This document shows, one piece after another, positions 59,851 through 64,000 of a stretch of 64,000 bases of DNA. This stretch comes from Lama glama (lineage: Eukaryota). Every line of letters starts with the position of its first letter. Position 1 is the stretch's first letter. The stretch is taken from the NCBI GenBank assembly GCA_028534125.1, contig CM052833.1:19034001-19098000 (forward strand), given 5' to 3'. The notes under the pieces were generated by a model. It had not been told where the DNA came from and made no database searches. It saw only the letters and a list, made by a program, of their open reading frames with translations. Position numbers and translations under genes: made by a program.

Positions 59851-62819
59851 CTGACTCTGTCCTTTATCAGCACATACCTGCATTTGCCAAGGCAGGGATT
59901 CATTCCATGTACACGTCTGTTTTTTAAGATCGATGCATGTGTGCAGTTATAAAACCTCGACCCCCGTCGTTTGCTTGTTCCTCGTCTATGATCACGAGGC
60001 CTGGGTCCTAGTGGAAGCCGCCGAGGTCTCCCAGCTCAGCTCTAAACACCCAGGGCGTCCACGTGGCGCGTGTCTCGCAGCCGAAGGCTACTCTGACTTC
60101 GTGTCCTGCCGCCCCTGCAGCTGTCACAGAGCTGCTCTGTTACATTTGGTGCAAAGAGGCTGATTTTGCAGCTCGTTAGCTCCTCTGTCCTCTCCTTGAA
60201 GGAGGAGCTCTGGGATTTGTATACCTGGCCTTTCAGCACACGTTTTACCAGCCTTGTTAAGTGATGCAAGCAAGGAACTGTGTTTTCTGAGTAAATCGCC
60301 CAGGTTCTTGATGCTTACACCTTCGTGGTCTAAACTCTTGTTTTAGTAACAAAGTGTTTAAAGGCTTCATGTTCCTACTTGAACACTCTTTCTGCGCCAG
60401 GCATTTTGCTGGGTCAGTCAAGGCACAGCCGCAAGCTGTCACAGGCCGACAGGCTGCTCCCCGTGGGGCTGACACGCCCCCTGTGTCACCTCTCCCGGGC
60501 CGGGCGCTGCTGAGCCCGAACCTCACTAAGCCAGAGCCCCTCTGCTTCCCGCCCTGGGTGAGACCCTGCCACTCCTGCCTCTGTCCCCACAGCCACTATC
60601 CCACGGTCTCGGAGGCCCTGCCAGGCCGGATGAGTGCTCTCTGAGCCCTGCCCCATCTCTCTGCACGCCTGTGGCTGGGGTCACCGTTTCCCTTTCCTGC
60701 ACTGTCCTTGTCACCGGCTCTGGCACAGTCCTCTGGGACATATGTCCTCCACCTGTCTGCCCTTTAATTCTTCATATGAACCCTCCTGTCCACCTGACGA
60801 CACAGGCCCTTTGCCCAAGCCTGCCTTTCCATCCAGACGTCCAGAGGAAACGTCAGTCCAGAGGGTGACGTGGAAAGATGACCTGTGGGGCCAGCTCCAT
60901 CTCCCTGGGCGGGCTCAAGGCCACTGTCGGCCCACACCTGCACCTTGATTTCACACTTATGAGTTGAATCTCCTCACCCCCTCGGGGAACAACGCAGAGG
61001 CTTCCCTGTTCCCTCACTTCTGGGAGGTGCACCGCCTCACAATTTTCAAGAATGTTCTATCAAGTCTGACTTCCCTTATCTTGATTTCCCTGAAACAATC
61101 TGTTTCCTTGTTTTTTTCCGTGTAATGAGATGTTTCTCTTCCCACTCCAAGTGACGGCACTGACGGTCACCAAGGTGATGTGTATCTAAAAGCCAAACTC
61201 TAAGACTTCTCGGTGCTCTGGGGTCAACTTCGATGTCGTGAGTCACTGAAGGAGACTAGGAACACACTCCCAACCTTGTTTTGGTGGCTGGTGACATGAC
61301 TACCGTGTTCAGGAGTGCGCCGGATTAATCTGTGCTTGGTTCATTTAGCAGGAGCGCAGTGAGTACGCGGGATGTATTAAGTAGTTTAGTGTGCCTAAAA
61401 CTTCATTTAGCCCCTTTTTATATTATCTTCAAGATGGTCTTGATCTTATATGATCCGGCACGTCAGGTCACTCGTCCTGTTCCCTGAAAAGAAGGGCAGA
61501 GCGTAGTGCCCACATCCGCAGGGGTCACCAGCCTTCTCCCCAGCAGTGGCCCGGCTCTCCGCGGGGAAGCGCAGCGGTAGGAGGAACGACAGACCGGATG
61601 TCCTTCTTTATCAGCAGGGCTGTCTCCAGGGCAGCGGAGAGGGAGGACCAGGAGTGACTGCCAGCACAAACCGGGTCAGACGTTAGCAACAGTGGGCGCT
61701 TAGTGACGGGCGGGCCAGGTCACCGGGGCACCGGTGCTCACCGAGGCATGAGTGTCCCCAGCCAGGACCAGACCGAACTGGGTCAAAGCTGTTCACACCC
61801 ACAGTCTGTCATGGACCACCAGGGCCAGGGCCTAGGGTCCAAGACGTGAACTTTGTCCTGTTGCTCTGGGTAAGCCATAGCCTGTGTCTACTCAAGGAGG
61901 TAAAGACTGGACACGCAGGAATGACCTGCTCTGGGGAGGGGAAGGCTCTTGCTGGCGGGTCCAGGGCTCCCCGGCCCCAGAGGAGGGTCACTCTGACGCT
62001 GGCCACCGCTCCGCAGCCTGAGCCTCTGTGGGACCCAGTATGCATTCTCACCCTGTTCTTATCGGGTCCTCCTCACAGCCAGCTCAAGTTTCAGATGCTG
62101 CAGTGAGGTGGAGAGCAAAGCCAGGTTCTAACTGCGAAGGCTCATGTGGAGAATCCTTGATGCCCCGTCTGCCAGGTCACCAGGGAAGGGACCGAGCGTC
62201 GGCTTAGCAGAACGTGGGCGCCGGCTCATCGTGTTGTGTAACTGGGGAGGCTGGTATAACCAGGGCAGAGGTGCGGGGGCCAGGGGCCAGGTTTGCTGCT
62301 GCGTGGGTTCAGGCTGGGACTTACTCGGTCGGGCTCCCTGGCTCTGGTGGGTCCCGCGTCAGAGACCACCGACCGGCTCAGTCCCCTGCAGCTGCCCCAC
62401 TGGAAACAGGCTGGGTGGTAGCCCTGGAGAGGAGCCAGGTTGAGTGGGGACTGCTGTCCCTCCAGCCAGTGCCCCCTCACCGCCTCCAGCTGCAGCTTGT
62501 CGCCTGGGCTGTGAAGTTCAGAGATAGTTCTGATTAACCAGGTGACATTGAGAAACCACTCTGAGCCTCACTTTCTCATCTGAGACTTGGGGTCACACTT
62601 CCATGTACGCCTGAGTTGGAGTCAGCTGATGCCGTGAGGAGCCGACACGTCACGGCCAGGGCAGCTGCTCAGATGCCCCCGTCACCAGGCACTAACGTGA
62701 CGCCCGCTGGATGTGCTTCAGACCAAATTCTTGCTGACGCTGTAGGTAAAAGTGTACTGGTACCAACTCCAAACGGTAAGGCTGGGGCGGGGGCCTTTCC
62801 CCCGCCCCAGCCTTCCTCA

Positions 62820-62965
62820 GATGCCAGCAGGGTGTCCGTCCAAGAACTCAGCTCAATTCGGACACCATCTGCCCAGAGACAGCATCAGATTAAGGACTCA
62901 GCCCCACCAGACTGTCCCCTCCCCACCCACTGCACCTCAGACACCAGTCCCAAGTCCAGGTTGGT
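62820..62965. mobile_element. MER21-like LTR fragment
   Basis: 'ccagcagggtgtcc...actcagctcaattcggacaccatct...agagacagcatcagattaaggactcagcccc...agacaccagtcccaagtccaggttg'. Confidence 0.6.
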
Positions 62966-63019
62966 GCCTTTGTTCATAAGGAATTCCAGTCTGATTGGGA
63001 AAATGAAGCGTAGATAACT

Positions 63020-63125
63020 CTGTGTGGGGGGGGTGTGTGTAATATGTGTATATATACACATGCGTGTGTGTGGGTGTGCCTAGTGTGCACACACACTAAG
63101 TATATACACGTGTGTGACACGCATG
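63020..63125. repeat. Degenerate TG/TA/CA low-complexity repeat
   Basis: Alternating purine-pyrimidine runs (gtgtgtgt, tatatacaca, cacacac). Confidence 0.7.
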
Positions 63126-64000
63126 TAAGTATCCTTAGTGTGTGGCCCCCAGACCACGCTGAAGAGGCAAAGACCACGTGCCTGCGCCGAACCCTGGCTC
63201 TGAGCCCTGGGGCTGCTCTCTCGTCTGTGTCTCCTTGTCTGCAAATTGAGGAAACCAGGGTTTTCTGAGGATTGAGTGAGGTGATATTTGTAAGGCAGAA
63301 TATGTTTGCTAAGTCACTGTGGACGTAAGGAGCTTCTTGGCTGTTTCTCGTTTGGCCCTCATTTACTGCTTCTCCCTGGTTGCGAGGTAACAAACACTTC
63401 CCGGTGTGAGATTTTTCCCTCAGAAAGTCAAGTCTTGACTTGGCTTCGCTGTCATGGCTCTTTTCCTGTGTTAGTTCTCTTTTATGGTGAGTTTCTGAGT
63501 TGCTTCTCTGATAAACGCGGAACTCACTCCAAAGTGCCAAGTGACTGAGCGCTTGTTCTCGCAGCGTCCGTGGTGGCGATGTTCGGCTGTTCCTTGCGTA
63601 TCCTGAGCTCCCAAAGCGGGCTGACGCTCTAGTGCCAGTGTCTGGCGTTTACAGTCCCGTCTTAGCCTTTCTGTGCACGTGTAACTATGTGTGTCTGTGC
63701 CTGTTTCTGTATCTCTGTTCAGCTACCCCACGGCCTCAAGAAATCTTCTTAGGTTTCCAGCCCTAAAGCCCACGTTTGCAGAATACAGCTCTCATCAGCT
63801 TATTGACTTTGATGCCCGGACCATTCCTTCTCAAATGGTCACTGCAAGGACGTCGAGTGTTCTGGTGAAACAGGTGCAGTAGTGGTTGTGCTTTAAATTT
63901 TCTGTGTAATTCGTCTGTTTCTTGGAGATCACGTACATGGTTTTTAACAGTCCTCAGCCACTGGATTTCTTTCTTTTAGGTGCAAACATGAACGTTCTGT

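Noticed and set aside
1-64000. A novel multi-gene or prokaryote-style system (operon, CRISPR, defence island)
   Set aside because: The DNA is intron-containing mammalian sequence explained by known genes and repeats. There are no repeat-spacer arrays and no unexplained ORF with protein-like composition.
63961-64000. Strong acceptor ttctttcttttag| at ~63979 as CIDEA exon 2
   Set aside because: The following sequence does not encode the expected PLTFMG-like start of exon 2, and too little sequence remains to assess another exon.

Overview
Mammalian genomic DNA, very GC/CpG-rich and most likely camelid (Camelus/Vicugna/Lama), judged from three copies of the camelid-type tRNA-derived SINE. From left to right it contains: (i) a CpG island at ~3.3-4.1 kb that is probably the promoter and non-coding 5' end of minus-strand MPPE1 (assigned from gene order only); (ii) a nested MaLR/ERV cluster at ~5-9.7 kb; (iii) IMPA2 (inositol monophosphatase 2) on the + strand, 23417-47770, with 7 of 8 coding exons located and exon 2 probably hidden in a 500-N assembly gap; (iv) the CpG-island promoter and first coding exon of CIDEA at 57251, which appears to use a GC splice donor. 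Nearly all ORFs in the supplied track are chance ORFs of GC-rich DNA. I found no support for a new biological system. The most notable details are a U2 snRNA fragment retroposed into a SINE tail, a young solo LTR pointing at the MPPE1 promoter, the CIDEA GC donor and a possible in-frame alternative acceptor in IMPA2. Gene and repeat family names rest on my recall of reference sequences, not on database searches.
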